Positions 36,248 to 49,370 of a stretch of 64,000 nt of DNA are shown here, one piece after another; position 1 is the first letter of the stretch, and every line of letters starts with the position of its first letter. The translations under genes were made by a program, and so were the position numbers. This DNA comes from Octopus vulgaris (lineage: Eukaryota), in assembly GCA_951406725.2 (NCBI GenBank), contig OX597823.1, positions 85,622,001 to 85,686,000 on the forward strand, written 5' to 3'. A model generated the notes under the pieces. The model was given only the letters and a program-made list of their open reading frames with translations, was not told where the DNA came from and did no database searches.

Positions 36248-37306
36248 TTTTTATTCTATTATATCACGCTTCTATAGTAGAAGACACTTGCCCAAATTGC
36301 CGCACAGTAGGTCTGAACCCAAGACCCCGTGATTGCAAAGCAAGCTTTTTAACCATGCAGCCATTTATCCTTTTGTTTATATATGCATGTATGTGTACAT
36401 GTATATTTGTTTATGCGTTTGTGTGTTTATGTGTGTGTTATCTTATCACATAATGATTTAGTGATAAAGATATTGACTTGATATGTATCGGCAAAACAAC
36501 GCACTTCACCGATAACTCAATTGGCTTCGTAAACGCCTTCTTGGCAAGTACATTCTCTCAGCGGAATAGAATATATATTATTATCTATTTATGTAGTTAA
36601 TGTTTAACACTTTAGTACAGTAGTAATAAAATAACTATATCAATGTACACACAACTAAATATTGATACAGCAGTAAATAACAGGATCATTGTTTTTTATT
36701 TCGCCCCCTGTAGACGCTCATCAAACAGTCGATTGATAAAAGGCGTTCTGGTTGTGGCCATTTTTATACGTAATTTTACGAGAATATTAACTAATATAAG
36801 CTATCATTTCTTTACTCGATCTTTTCTAGTTTTAATTATTAGTATCCATTCTTGCGGGGCTTCGCTTGCCACGGTAAGCTGTGCCAATTCGCAAATTTTT
36901 TGGCGCTTGTTTTTCTGGATAATGAAACACTAGTACCTATATAGGGATAACTCCTGTAAAGTACCTTTGTTATTTAATTCAAAGTTGACGATGTCCCTGA
37001 CCGGCATCCTATAAATTAGTACCATATGAGTCCGTTTTGTTTTTCACCTTGTTTTCCTTGACCCCTAGGATCCATAAGGACAGCTATCCAGTTCCCATTG
37101 CGTATACATGATCGAGATCACAACCTCATGCTCATCCAGAACGTGATGCCAATCTGTTGTAGGAATCGAGGCAAACAATTTTAAGAAAAGTGAACAAATC
37201 GATTAAAATCACCGAAGTACTTGACGGGCACCGTATTTATTTAACCCCGAAAGGAGGAAAGGCGAAATTCACCTCGGCGGGATTTGAATTCAGAACTTCA
37301 AATGTA

Positions 37307-38566
37307 TTGGGTTGTCCGGAAATTTCGTGCCGATATTTAAAGGAAACAAAAAGGTCAATAAATACTTGCCATTACTTTTTTAATCAACCAAATATCAAAC
37401 ATTTTGTTGCATAATGCATCTCCATCTTTCCTTGTAAATACTCTCTTCTCAGAATTGAGGTGGATTCATGGCAAAGAATTCATCAAGGTATCTTTTTAGG
37501 TCGTCAAAGGAATTGAAATTTTTACCATTAAGACTATTCTGCAGAGACCTGAATAAGTGGAAATCCGAAGGAGCAATATCTGGTGAATATAGAGGGTGGG
37601 GTAACACATCCCAGCCGAGTTACAGCAATTTTTGTCTGGTTCCCAAAGAAACGTGCGGTCTTGCATTATCATGTTGGAAAGCAACACCCTTCTGTTGGCC
37701 AATTCTGGACGTTTCTCTTGAATTACTTGTCCAGTTGTGTGTAGTATTTCTCAGAATTAATTGTCTAATTACTTGGGAGAAGCTCATAGTACAGAATTCC
37801 TTTCCAGTTCCACCAGACACAAATCAAGACTTTTTTAGGGTGAAGACCCGCTTTTTGGGTGGCTAAGGGTGTCGCTTACTCCAGGATCGCTTTCTCTGAA
37901 CATTGCGGTAGCTAATCCGTTTCTCATCAACTGTCACAATTTGCTTTAAAAAAGGTGCGTTTTCATTCCGTTTATAAAGCGAATCACTGATGGAAATGCG
38001 ATCCAAAAGGTTCTTCTCATTCAACTTATGTGGTACTCAAACATCGTAGTGATTTGTGTACCCACGTTTTACCAGGTGCTCATGAACGACGGATATTGAG
38101 AGGTTGAGGCTTTCTGCCAATTCTCGGGTTGTGGAATGTGGGTTATTCTCAATTAATGACTTGATTTGGTCATCATCTGTAGTGGTTGGTCTGCCTGAAC
38201 GCTCTTTATCAATAAGGCTACAATCTTCAGGTCTGAACCTTGCGAATGACTTCCGTACGGTTCTTTCGGATAATGAAACATCACCGTAAACTGCGCATAT
38301 TTCTTTGGTTGCTTGTCAGGCATTTTTCTCTTTACGGAAAAAGAAAAGCATCAAGTACTGAAAATGAACTTTCTTATCTTCCATTTTAAAGGATTACAGA
38401 ATTAATACAGTTTATAGGAACATAAACCTTCTTCCACGAAAAGATAGCTTAAACTGTGCTTTAAATGGAGGTGTAGTCAGATTCTATTTTATGGACTCAA
38501 CCATGTTCTAAAATAAGTCGAATGGTAAGCTACTGTAAATCTGCACGAACATTCAGGACAACCCTA
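37307..38566 (-). mobile_element. Full-length decayed mariner inserted in a SINE A
   Basis: TIRs of about 28 bp, ttgggttgtccggaaatttcgtgccgat / atctgcacgaacattcaggacaacccta; TA TSD; SINE A halves at 37165-37300 and 38570-38630. Confidence 0.92.
37380..38384 (-). pseudogene. Mariner transposase
   Basis: MEDKKVHFQYLMLFFFRK...ERSGRP..., FQHDNARPH, PHPLYSPDIAPSDFHLFRSLQN; stops and frameshifts. Confidence 0.92.
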
Positions 38567-38897
38567 TAGGAAGAATTTATGCTAATCGTTTTGCCAGAAT
38601 TGCTAACGATTGCACCATCCGGGCACCTTGTACCTCATAAGAGATGTAATATGTAGTTATAATTCTAATTCGCAGGATTACAGTATAATTAACGTGCGCT
38701 TCAATTTGCTTATAATATCAATTACTTTAGACGCTTTCCTCTCAAAACGGGAAAGTGTACGCATAATCAAAATTGTCTCTCGATCCCAATTAGAATAAAA
38801 TACATATACAAAGAATAATGAAACGACTGATTTCGTTATGACATCTTTAGTACGAATACATGCAAACTAATATGAGCTGAAACACGCACGTCCACAT

Positions 38898-38973
<76 letters not shown>

Positions 38974-38974
38974 G

Positions 38975-39290
38975 CTGGCACTCCTGTCGTTACGACAACG
39001 AGTGTTCCAGTTGATCCGCTAAACGGAACAGCCTGACCGTGAAATTAACGTGCAAGTAGTTGCGAACTCCACAGACAAACGTAACTCTTAATGTCGTTCC
39101 CAGGGAGCTTCAGCGTGACACGAAATGTGATAAGGCTGGCCCTTTGAATTACAGATATGACACCTTTTTTTTTGCCAGCTGAGTAGTCTGGAGCAACAAG
39201 AAATAGAGTTTCTTGCTGAAGGACACAACGAGCCACCAGGAATCAAATTCATGATCTTTCGATCGTTAGCCGAATACTCTAACCGCTAAG
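38975..39290 (-). mobile_element. SINE family E
   Basis: Reverse complement similar to 62810-63061; degenerate tRNA-like head. Confidence 0.65.
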
Positions 39291-39389
39291 TCGAACAAAT
39301 CGACCCCAGTACTGTCATGGAGACAAAGCAACACTACTAACGGGGTACGAACGCACACACAAAGTCACACAAATACAAATATACACATA

Positions 39390-39819
39390 CAGTAATCTCT
39401 CACCATATCGTGGTCCACTTATCGCGGTTTATTATTTAAGCTTACGTTAGGCGGGCGGTGAACTGGCAGAATCGTTAGCACGCCGGTTGAAATGCTTAGC
39501 GGTGTTTCGTCTGCCACGACGTTCTCACTTCAAATTACACTGAGATCGACTTTGTCTTTCATCCTTTCGGGGTCGATGTAATCGACTAGCCCGCTTCCCC
39601 ACAAAAATTTTGAAGGCCTTATGCCCAAAGTAGAAATAATTCTTTAAGCTTACGTCGATTACTATGTGGTATTATTTTGCATTTATAATAAAATAAATGT
39701 ATACAAATTATAAAAATAATGGAAAAAATACACAGTACACTACTGTTTCTACTTCGCGGATTTTCACCGATCGCGGAGGGTTTTCGAATGTAACACCCGC
39801 AATAGTCGAGGGATTACTG
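39390..39819. mobile_element. Tigger/pogo-type MITE containing a SINE A (39448-39642)
   Basis: TA|cagtaatctctc ... gagggattactg|TA; SINE TSD tttaagcttacgt at 39435 and 39643. Confidence 0.85.
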
Positions 39820-40038
39820 TATACACAGACAAACATATTTACATTCATATTTACATTCCTTCTATCAAGTTCTCTCACAATGGATTGATTGACCCAAGAA
39901 ACCGTTCGCCCAAGGTTCCGTGCAGTGGAACCGAACCAAAAATTATGTGGTTAGAAAACAAGCTATTCAACCATACAGTCGCTCATGCGTCTATATATTG
40001 TATAATTAATTCTTTCATATTAATCGTTAATCATTAAT

Positions 40039-40645
40039 AAAGCGGCAAGCTGGCGGAATCGTTAGCACGCAGGGTAAAATGCTTGGTGGCATTGCGTTTC
40101 TCTACATTCAAATTTCAACGAGGTCGCCTTTGCCTTTCATCCTTTCGGACTTGATCAATTAAGTACCAGTTGTGTACTGGGTCGATCCAATCGATTGGCC
40201 CTTTCCCCAAAACATTTCAGGCCTTGTGCCTATTGTAGAAAGGATTAATAAGGCGGCAATTTGGCACCATTCCGCTTGTCTGCACGTTCTGGGCTCAAAT
40301 TTCAGCGAGGTCGACTTTGCCTTTCATCTTGTCGGAGATCGCTAAATTAAGTACTAATTGAACACTGAGGTCGACTTAATCGACTAGCACACTTCCTCGA
40401 CATACCCGGCATTTAGCCAAGAAATGAAACCAATTTTAATCACTAATAACACGACGAACTGGCACACCGGGTAAAAAGTTCAGTGGTTATTTCGTCTGCC
40501 TTTACGTTCTGAGTTCAAATTCCACCAAGGTCGACTTTTCCTTTTATCATTTCGGGGGCAATAAAATAAGTACCAGTTAAGGGTTGATGTAATTCACTTA
40601 CACCCTTAACCGAAATTGCTGGCCTTGTGCCAAAACTGGAAACCT
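40039..40645 (+). mobile_element. Three tandem SINE A copies
   Basis: Consensus recurs at about 40039, 40249 and 40450. Confidence 0.85.
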
Positions 40646-40675
40646 ATGTTATTTATTAATATACTTTATTCCATT

Positions 40676-40966
40676 GTGGTTAGAGCAGCAGACTCGCGGT
40701 CGAGGGATCGTGGGTTCGTGGGTTCGAATCTCAGACCGGGCGATGAGTGTGTTTATGAGTGAAACACCTAAACTTCACGCGGCTCCGGCAGAAGGTAATG
40801 GCGAACTTCTGCTGACTCTTTCGTTACAACTTTCTCTCATTCTTTCCTCCTGCATCTTGCAGCTCACCTGCGACGGACCGGCGTCCCGTCCAGGTGGGGA
40901 ACCTATACGTTAAGGAAACCGGGAAACCGACCCTTAAGAGCCATGCATGGCTGGGGAAGGAACAAG
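40676..40966 (+). mobile_element. SINE family C
   Basis: Highly similar to 21885-22165. Confidence 0.9.
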
Positions 40967-41642
40967 CATTATAATAATAAGAGCAATGATCTGAACCATA
41001 AAATGATAATTACATGCTATTCAATTAATAGGGAGAAAGACGCAATTGTTAATCGAAGTAAAAAATTTATAATGTTGAAAATTTAAGTATGACAGAGTGT
41101 AACATATACAACATAGTTAGATGAATAACGGTGATAAAATGGATTATCCAAGCACTTAATAGAATATATCTACCTCTAGGAATATTTGAATTAAAAAACA
41201 AAACATCTAAATACATAAGAGCAGTAAGATCACTGACTAAAAACTGATGGAAAAGATTTCAATGTATATTGGAGTGGATCTAATTTTAAGGCAACAGGTT
41301 TTTTCAGGCCTTATTAGGCCTCTTCAGCTTGTCCCCGAAAGTAAGAGGGAAGAAGAAAGAAGGAGACAGATAGGAGGAGAGAGAGAAAGAGAGAGAGAGA
41401 ATGAAGTGATGGAGATTGATTTTGTTGTGTTTCCATTTCTTTTTCCTTGAGTTCAATAGACGTCACTATTGACTTGTTGCCTTTTAGAAAAAACGTTAAA
41501 TATATTAACAAAAATTTGCACCAGTGTTATTCAATTCCATCGACTATACTCCTCGTCATGTAACAGTACACTTTGTAGTAATATCACAAATAAAACTAAT
41601 ATTTATTTATTATAAATGGGTTGAAATAGTTGTAGAAAATGT

Positions 41643-41797
41643 TGGCTGTGTGGTAAGAAGCTTGCTTACCAACCACATGATTCCGGGTTCAGTCCCACTG
41701 CGTAGCACCTTGAGACAAGTCTCTTCTACTATAGCCTCGGGCCGACCAAACCCTTCTGAGTGGATTTGTAGACGGAAACTGAAAGAAGCCCGTCGTA

Positions 41798-41840
<43 letters not shown>

Positions 41841-42056
41841 GTGTGCGTTTGTGTGCCTGTGATTGTTCCCCCAACATCGCTTGACAATCGATGCTGGTGT
41901 GTTTACGTCCCCGTAATCTAGCGGTTCAGCAAAAGATCTCGATAGAATAAGTACTAGGCTTACAAAGAACAAGTCCTGGGGTCGATTCCCTCGACTAAAG
42001 GCGGTGTTCCAGCATGGCTGCAGTCGAATGACTGAAACAAGTAAAAGAGTAAAAGA
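41643..42056 (+). mobile_element. SINE family B, intact copy with internal (TA)n(TG)n
   Basis: tRNA-like head, internal microsatellite 41796-41857, CR1-like tail ending gtaaaaga repeats. Confidence 0.88.
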
Positions 42057-43503
42057 GGCAACTCATAGAAATTACGAAATGAATAAAAGGGCAGGATTAA
42101 ATGTCTTTAAATAAGTTTGAGGCAAAATAAATAAGGTCAACTGAACAGAGTCCACTGCAGTAGGAACACCATTGGAAAGGAGATTAAATACTGTTTGACG
42201 GTGTTACACTCATCGCTGTGTCTTTCTCTGGGAAGACTTAAAATAGACAAATAGTATGTGACTTCGACACGTGTGTTTGTGTGTCTGTTGCTCGTGTCTA
42301 AAGATCGTGGACAGCGTCGTCGGTAGTTAAAAACGTTTGAGTAGATTAATTAGTTGTATCGAAGGTGCTTTACTGCTTTCCGTTATGAGACTAAATCAAC
42401 ATGGAGAACTATAGATATGTGTCCATTCTATTATATAACATCCATTTATCATCGCTCTCCAAGTGTATTGGTCGAACAACTACTAAGGACTCCATATAAT
42501 TTCTTCCATCGCTGTGTTTTATGACACATCGAAAGTGGGAAGCCGAATAATGTGTGATTGATCGGTTTACTATTGCCGTCCCATTATTCTTCATTGTAAT
42601 TTTCCTTTAGACTTCCTTCTCTTAAACAGCTTATCATCTAAACACAGCTCATTTAACTTAATGTTCGTTTGTTGCTTACGTTCAATATTCTATACGATTC
42701 ACACTTCCGTTCAAAACCCCGATGATGATACACGCTTGGCTGCTTCCTTTTTATCGATGTCATATACGTTCTGCTTGCTTAGTTCTGACGTATTAAACCA
42801 TGTGTTCATGTCGTCATTACACCTGCCTCCTGCACGGATGAAAATAAGTTCAAATCTTGCACGGATATACGAAAAAAAGTTGTTTTGTATTCAATGCTGA
42901 AGTTAACGGTTAGATCATTATCTTGCCCCATTTTATATCTTATTGTATCCGTGTGTTTTGTTTTTACATTATTTGTACCTCGTCTTGCATTGTGTATATG
43001 TGAATGCAAGATAGATTTGTTAATTGCTCTCTGCATTATTTACGACAAAGCAATTGTTTGACTAGTAGCGTAGGTTTATAAGGAAGACAAGACTCAACCA
43101 GTATGTAATGTCGATTTTCATATGAACAGCAAAACGAATTCAGAAACTGGCTTGTTCCGAGAGAGTTAACATCAACTGGCATAATTAGCTGAGGCCATTA
43201 TGTTTCAGTTAAATATGTTTATTGAGATACTATAATCACGATGCACTACTCAGATTATTTAGGCTTTCTGTTTTCTTCTTTCCTCTTAATTATAGCAATA
43301 CAAATATATAAAGGATTTTTTTGAAATGAACAAATAAAAAGGTGGGGCAACTCTCCAACGGTCCATTATTGATTTCAAAATAAACTAACTAGTTATTAGC
43401 ATGGGAGGAATTGATAGAAAATAACTGATCCATGACATTTCATATATATATATATATATATATGTCTGTGTATCTGTATACATATATATGTATGTATATC
43501 TGC

Positions 43504-43549
<46 letters not shown>

Positions 43550-44113
43550 GCATACATACATACATATATGTATTTGTGGGTGTCAATGGGTGTGTCTGCG
43601 CTTATATGTATACGTTATGCATACAAATCTCCCTACATACATATACAAACATGTAATTATATACGTCCGTATATATTCATAAATCTATGCATGTATATAT
43701 CCATACATACATACATACATACATAAAAATATATGCATAGGCTTACAGAAACACACAAAAGCACACACACGCATGCACACGTACACACACTCACACACGC
43801 ACAGCGCATACATGGAGGCGCCTGGGTTTGTGGTAAGGGTGTCACACTCATAATCGTATCACTGTCGTTTCGTGTCCTGCACAGGGATGTGCATTGTGCT
43901 TTTGAGGAAAACACTCTACATTTTTTCGCTTCTCTACTGGCAAACGTGAGTAATTCTGCGACAGTCACGTCCATTGGGGGTTGTATATATGCCTCAGAAT
44001 CCGAGAAACCGGCATTATGAGCCTATGACTTGGGACGGATCAAAGACCCTTTGTGATATATATGTACAGACATACATTCACATATACTCATATGCATACA
44101 TACATCCGTATGC

Positions 44114-44145
<32 letters not shown>

Positions 44146-44146
44146 G

Positions 44147-44345
44147 GCGTGAGATGAAAATTTTATGGAAAGTATCCCATAGAAACTCAACAAACTGTTA
44201 AGGAAGGAGAAGAGATGTTGAAAATTTTTAAAAGAAGAATTGTAAAAAATTTTGGAAATTTTGATATCTTCCCTTCTCCAACTTTAACAGTCTGTTGGGT
44301 TTCTCTGGGATACCTTTCCATAAATTCTCATTTTATATCTTACGC
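44147..44345. repeat. Fold-back of about 200 bp next to (TA)n
   Basis: tttatggaaagtatcccatagaaactcaacaaactgttaa is inverted as ttaacagtctgttgggtttctctgggatacctttccataaa. Confidence 0.85.
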
Positions 44346-44475
44346 ATGTAATAATTTCATATTTGCAAAAATCTTACGCCAGTAAGCTACCAACGAAATA
44401 TGAAGAATCTTTCTTAGAAATCGCCCCTTTGGAAAGCTCCAAAGTAAAGGATAAATTTAACTTTACCTTTCCACA

Positions 44476-44562
<87 letters not shown>

Positions 44563-44569
44563 GTATATA

Positions 44570-45140
44570 AAATTTAAATATATAATTAAAGAATTAAAGT
44601 TTAGAAAGGAGACATGAAATACAGTATCCAAACCTTGTTTCAGGGTGAGTCTCAGGTAGTGCCCCTGCAGAGCACGTTTACCACCTGTGGCTACCAGGCG
44701 TCATCGGTCATCGGCATTACTGCGCGTTCATCATTTGATCTACGTCTGGAATTCCAAGGTGCATGTAGGGTGTTTTGAAATGACTGATACTGCAGACGGA
44801 GTGTAACCAGAAGCTTTATTAGCATAACAATCGTTTCGGCTTCATTTGCACTGCTCCCCAGGAGATGTGAAACGATGTAATGATATCAGATGCAACACAC
44901 CATGCAGTATAGCTTCATCAGGTGATATAACATGCTTCAAAAGTTACCAGATTTACATTTCGTTTTTGCTCCCAGCAAATCACGTCACCTGATAAGACTT
45001 ACTGCAAAATGCGTTGCACCTGATGCCATGACATCTTTCCACATCTTCTAGGGATAAGTGCAGAGTGAAGCGGAAACGATTGTTGTTGCTAATAAAGCTT
45101 CTACTTACACTCCGTCTTCCGTATAAATCATTTAATATAC
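44570..45140 (-). mobile_element. Family F insert with inverted arms 44770-44925 and 44985-45140
   Basis: Arms align along about 155 bp; each carries a CUGAU(G/A)A...GAAACGAUUGU hammerhead-like frame. Confidence 0.65.
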
Positions 45141-46842
45141 ATGCGCGCACACAATCATTCATACACTAGTTCTTTCAATTTTTAAAGTCCTATATTTCAT
45201 TGTAGTGAAGGTTGCTGCAATTATGCATTAGTGTTTACTATATTGTTTGAATGTTGATCAGAGCTAGGTGCAGATAAATAACAATCATAGCGCTGTGATC
45301 GAGTTCATTACACCTACACTTGCCTATTCTGTTGGTCACTTCAGATCTTTGATAAATACAAACTAATCACCATGGGAGCGACTACGACTTTACTCGATCT
45401 GCTAGATATAGCAGTTATACATTCCTCAATTCACACCCCTACTACTTTAGCAAAAATACATTCCATGATGTTGTCCTTCGCTCTCTTTACTTAAGACAAA
45501 GACGGGATAGTCACATATGGAATGCTCAATCAGGACTGACCTAACGTAACACAATATGAACATAGACAACAAATGAGCAACAACACGGTCTCTCGGCTTG
45601 TTAGAAGTTGCAGCTACCTTCTCTAAAATACATTCTAGGACTTTAAAAATGAAGGAACTGGCATTCTATGTAGACCTTAATGCAAAGGAAGGCGGAATAG
45701 TCAGGATGGAATGTGTTTAACCATAGGTATAGCTGTAGGTGCAAGCTGGATCCAAACAACACCTGGAGAACAGTCATAGCAGAGACAGCACTCGGTATCG
45801 AACTACGCATGATGATGCTGCACTTGACTCTGGATATTTTTAAAGCAGTAGGTGGATGGATAGAAATTAGTTGTTTTACCGATTATCTGTTACATTGCTT
45901 GTCCCTTCAGATCCGTTTTGAGTCTAAATAACAAGAACAATAACTTCAACTACAACACAAAATAGTTTTTTCTACTCCATCTCGGCTGCATGTAGCGACT
46001 TTTGCTTAATGTAGATACATTATTGAATTAAAAGTTTCAAATTAGCAGTATTAAAAAAAAAACTATTTCTCAGGAGGGAAATCTTTGCACATGACTCGTT
46101 AGAGGACTTAGGAGACTCGGTGAATAGGAAGGGAGGAAGAAAGGTATCCTAAAACCTCAGATCTGGTTTGTATATTAGCAACAAAATGGATTCCACTAAA
46201 TGCTGTTACGATACCGTTTAAAACAATATGACGGATTAGATTTATCTTTAAGGCTGGATTTGGACCCAGAGTGCAAAGAGGAAGAACAAATATCGCAAAG
46301 AAGATGCAGTACTACGTTCTTAAAGATCCACCGTTCCACTACACTGGATTGAAGCACTTTCATAGGCCCAGAAACGCAAGAGTAGCTTCGGCTAGATTTG
46401 AACTCAACAAGCTGAATGTCGGAATAAATATCACGAAACATGGCGAACATGAAAGATGTAAAATGTTTGGTACTACAGATGTCTTCTCTCTGCTAAAACT
46501 AGAACCAGTACCTACCACGATAACCAACCAATAAGAGATTTTCAACGAGAAGCCTTTATCTTTTTGAAAAAGCAGGCAAACCCCGCTTAAGGAACATAAA
46601 ACCGTCTTTAAAAAACACGTTCTGTAATATCCTTTTCAAACATTCTCAGTTTAAATACGAAAGTCTATGATTTCACCTCTGACAAGACCAAACCAGGTCG
46701 AAACATCTTGACTGGCAATCTACCCGTATTCTCAGCTAAGTCTAATGTTTTTAACAAATTATTATACCTAATACTGTTCCTCGTCTGTATATACATTATA
46801 TATATTATGCATACCAGTATTTTCACGTAAGTCTGTTTCAGT

Positions 46843-46875
<33 letters not shown>

Positions 46876-46886
46876 GTGTGTGTATG

Positions 46887-46917
<31 letters not shown>

Positions 46918-47689
46918 GCATGTATACATACATACATGCATTAATGATAACGCTGTCTCGGGCAGCAGTCACGATTCTTAAACTCAACGATTGTAATATG
47001 GTTTGTTCTTGTCTGTTGACATGAAACCCAGGGTTCCAATATGTTCTCTCACAAACCAGACACACACTAACACACTTATATATACACGGGCGCGCATGTA
47101 AGAGTGACTGTGTGTGTGTGTGTGTAGTTAAACCCGCTCATTCTCTTTTAATGTTTCACTTTCAGATCGACCAGCTGTTCATTGTCTATATTTATCCACC
47201 TCATCATCTCAGCATTCATAATTAATGATCCTCTTATATTCAGTCATTGCTCTCTCTCTAAGTAGTTAAATCCCAACTGTTAGATGTTGCGTGACATCAA
47301 TATAACAGTATAGTATTCACACATATTTTTGCTCACTTGTACATGTCGCTACACTCTGTCTATTTGGCTTCGAAATTTATTGATGTGTACCGTAATGACA
47401 AAGAGTATAGCTTTTTTATATTTTTGCAAATTACCGGTTTGCCAATTGTATGTAATCATACATACATATATACATTATAATTATTAACCCCTTCCCCGAT
47501 ATTTCAAGCCTTGTGGTGATTATTATTATTATTATCATTATTATTGAGTCTGAGAGCAGTGCATGCTATCAAAGTTATTCTGGGGTAATATATACGAAGC
47601 CCAGTATGCCCGTCTGATAAGAATACACTACGTACATGCATCGCAACCATATGTGCGCGACATGGTGACTTTCGCGATACTTTTAATAT

Positions 47690-47918
47690 GTATTTCTTTA
47701 CTACCCACAAGGGGCAAAACACAGAGGGGACAAACAAGTACAGACAAACGGATTAAGTCCATTACATCGACCCCAGTGCGTAAATGGCACTTATTTAATC
47801 GACCCTGAAAGGATGAAAGGCAAAGTCGACCTCGGCGGAATTAGAACTCAGAACGTAACGGCTACGTAACGTAACTCAGAACGTAACGGCGCTCCAATGT
47901 TTCTGCCAGCTCGCCGCC
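47690..47918 (-). mobile_element. SINE family A
   Basis: Reverse complement of 14791-15025. Confidence 0.88.
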
Positions 47919-48260
47919 TATCGATACTTTTAAAATATATCAACGAACCATTCTTGTGTAGCAAGTAAGAAAACCACCGAGGAAATTTAATAGATGTAAC
48001 ACGAGCGTAAAATAAACGTTTAGAACTTGCCCCCTTCCCCCTGTAATAAACGCATTACGACAGCTGCAGAACGATGGCGGAAAATCGGATAATGTCAGAT
48101 CCTATGCTACCAAAAAGCTCAGAGTCATATATATTGTATATGTTCTTTTTAATTTCTTATTATTTTCAGCTAAACCCTACATAAATAGACCTCTGATCAA
48201 AGAAGGTTTGCCCGTAAGGAGCACATGCTGGAGCATCATCGTCAAAGGTTTTAATATATT

Positions 48261-48762
48261 CTACCACTATGACCCGGCGTTGCTGGGTCTAGTGCTAATG
48301 CTTGTTGTTCGTTGCCGGTTCGCAGTAAAAATTTCTCACTAAATCAAGTGCTAAGTTTCTTATCACATTTCAGCCCGGACCAGTTTTGTTGTTTATGAGC
48401 TAGATGGAGCTTTTTATGAGAGTAATTAATATTCATTGGACTTCGGTTTCCACAGCCGGAACGGCATAATCATGGGAAATTAGCAGGACTGTGCACATGC
48501 CATTAGTCGGACAAAAAAGGAGGCAGAAGAAAGCGAAAATCTCCAATTTGGCCGCAAAATAACTTATGGGCATAAGGGGTCGGTTTATCGATCTTTTTAA
48601 TGGCTTTCTAGGGTGACTGGGGAAATGAAAATATCACGATGACCCTCAGTCAGTTTTGAAAGCCCATACGAAATGCGAGCCTTTTACGTGAAAAACTGGA
48701 TTTTATAAAGGACACACAGACACACAAATACACTGACATTTTGCCATATGTAGATATAGAGA
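48261..48762 (-). mobile_element. Decayed non-autonomous Helitron
   Basis: gacccggcgttgctggg hairpin at one end; ...cacacagacacac...tatagaga at the other. Confidence 0.5.
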
Positions 48763-48769
48763 TTGCTCT

Positions 48770-49170
48770 GTAAGGTGACAGATTGGCAGAATGGATAGCA
48801 CACCGGGCAAAATGCTTATCTGCATTCTGATCAGTTCAAATTCCGCCGATGTCAAATTTGCCTCAAGGTCAATAAATTACGTACTAGTTGAGTACTAGGA
48901 TTTAAGTAACTGGCTTACACTCTTTCCCCAAAATGCTGGTCTTGTGCCAAAATTTGATACTAATATATATAGTTCACCGTAAGGTGGCGAGTTCGCAGAA
49001 TCGTTAGCAAGACAGGCAAAATGCTTAGACACATTTCCTCCGTTTTTTTACGTTCTGAATTCAAATTCCACCGAGGAGATCTTTGTCTTGATGAAATATG
49101 TACCAGTTATGCACTGGGGTCGATATAGTCGATTTACGTTTTCCAGTGCAATTACTGGCCTTGTGCGAAT
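48770..49170 (+). mobile_element. Two tandem SINE A copies
   Basis: Consensus match. Confidence 0.8.
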
Positions 49171-49370
49171 TTGCTCCATCGCTTTTATCCTCTATTGAAG
49201 AATACTATAAAGCACTAAACAGTAACGTGCTTATTATAAGTAAGCCAAACCATGAGAATGGATGAAAATCAAATATTTGTGAAGTAGGTAAGTTATTGTC
49301 TTAGTAATTAACTGTAACCGAAAACAGAAATGAAAAAGGGAGACAACTGCAGAATTTGAATTAACAAGTA

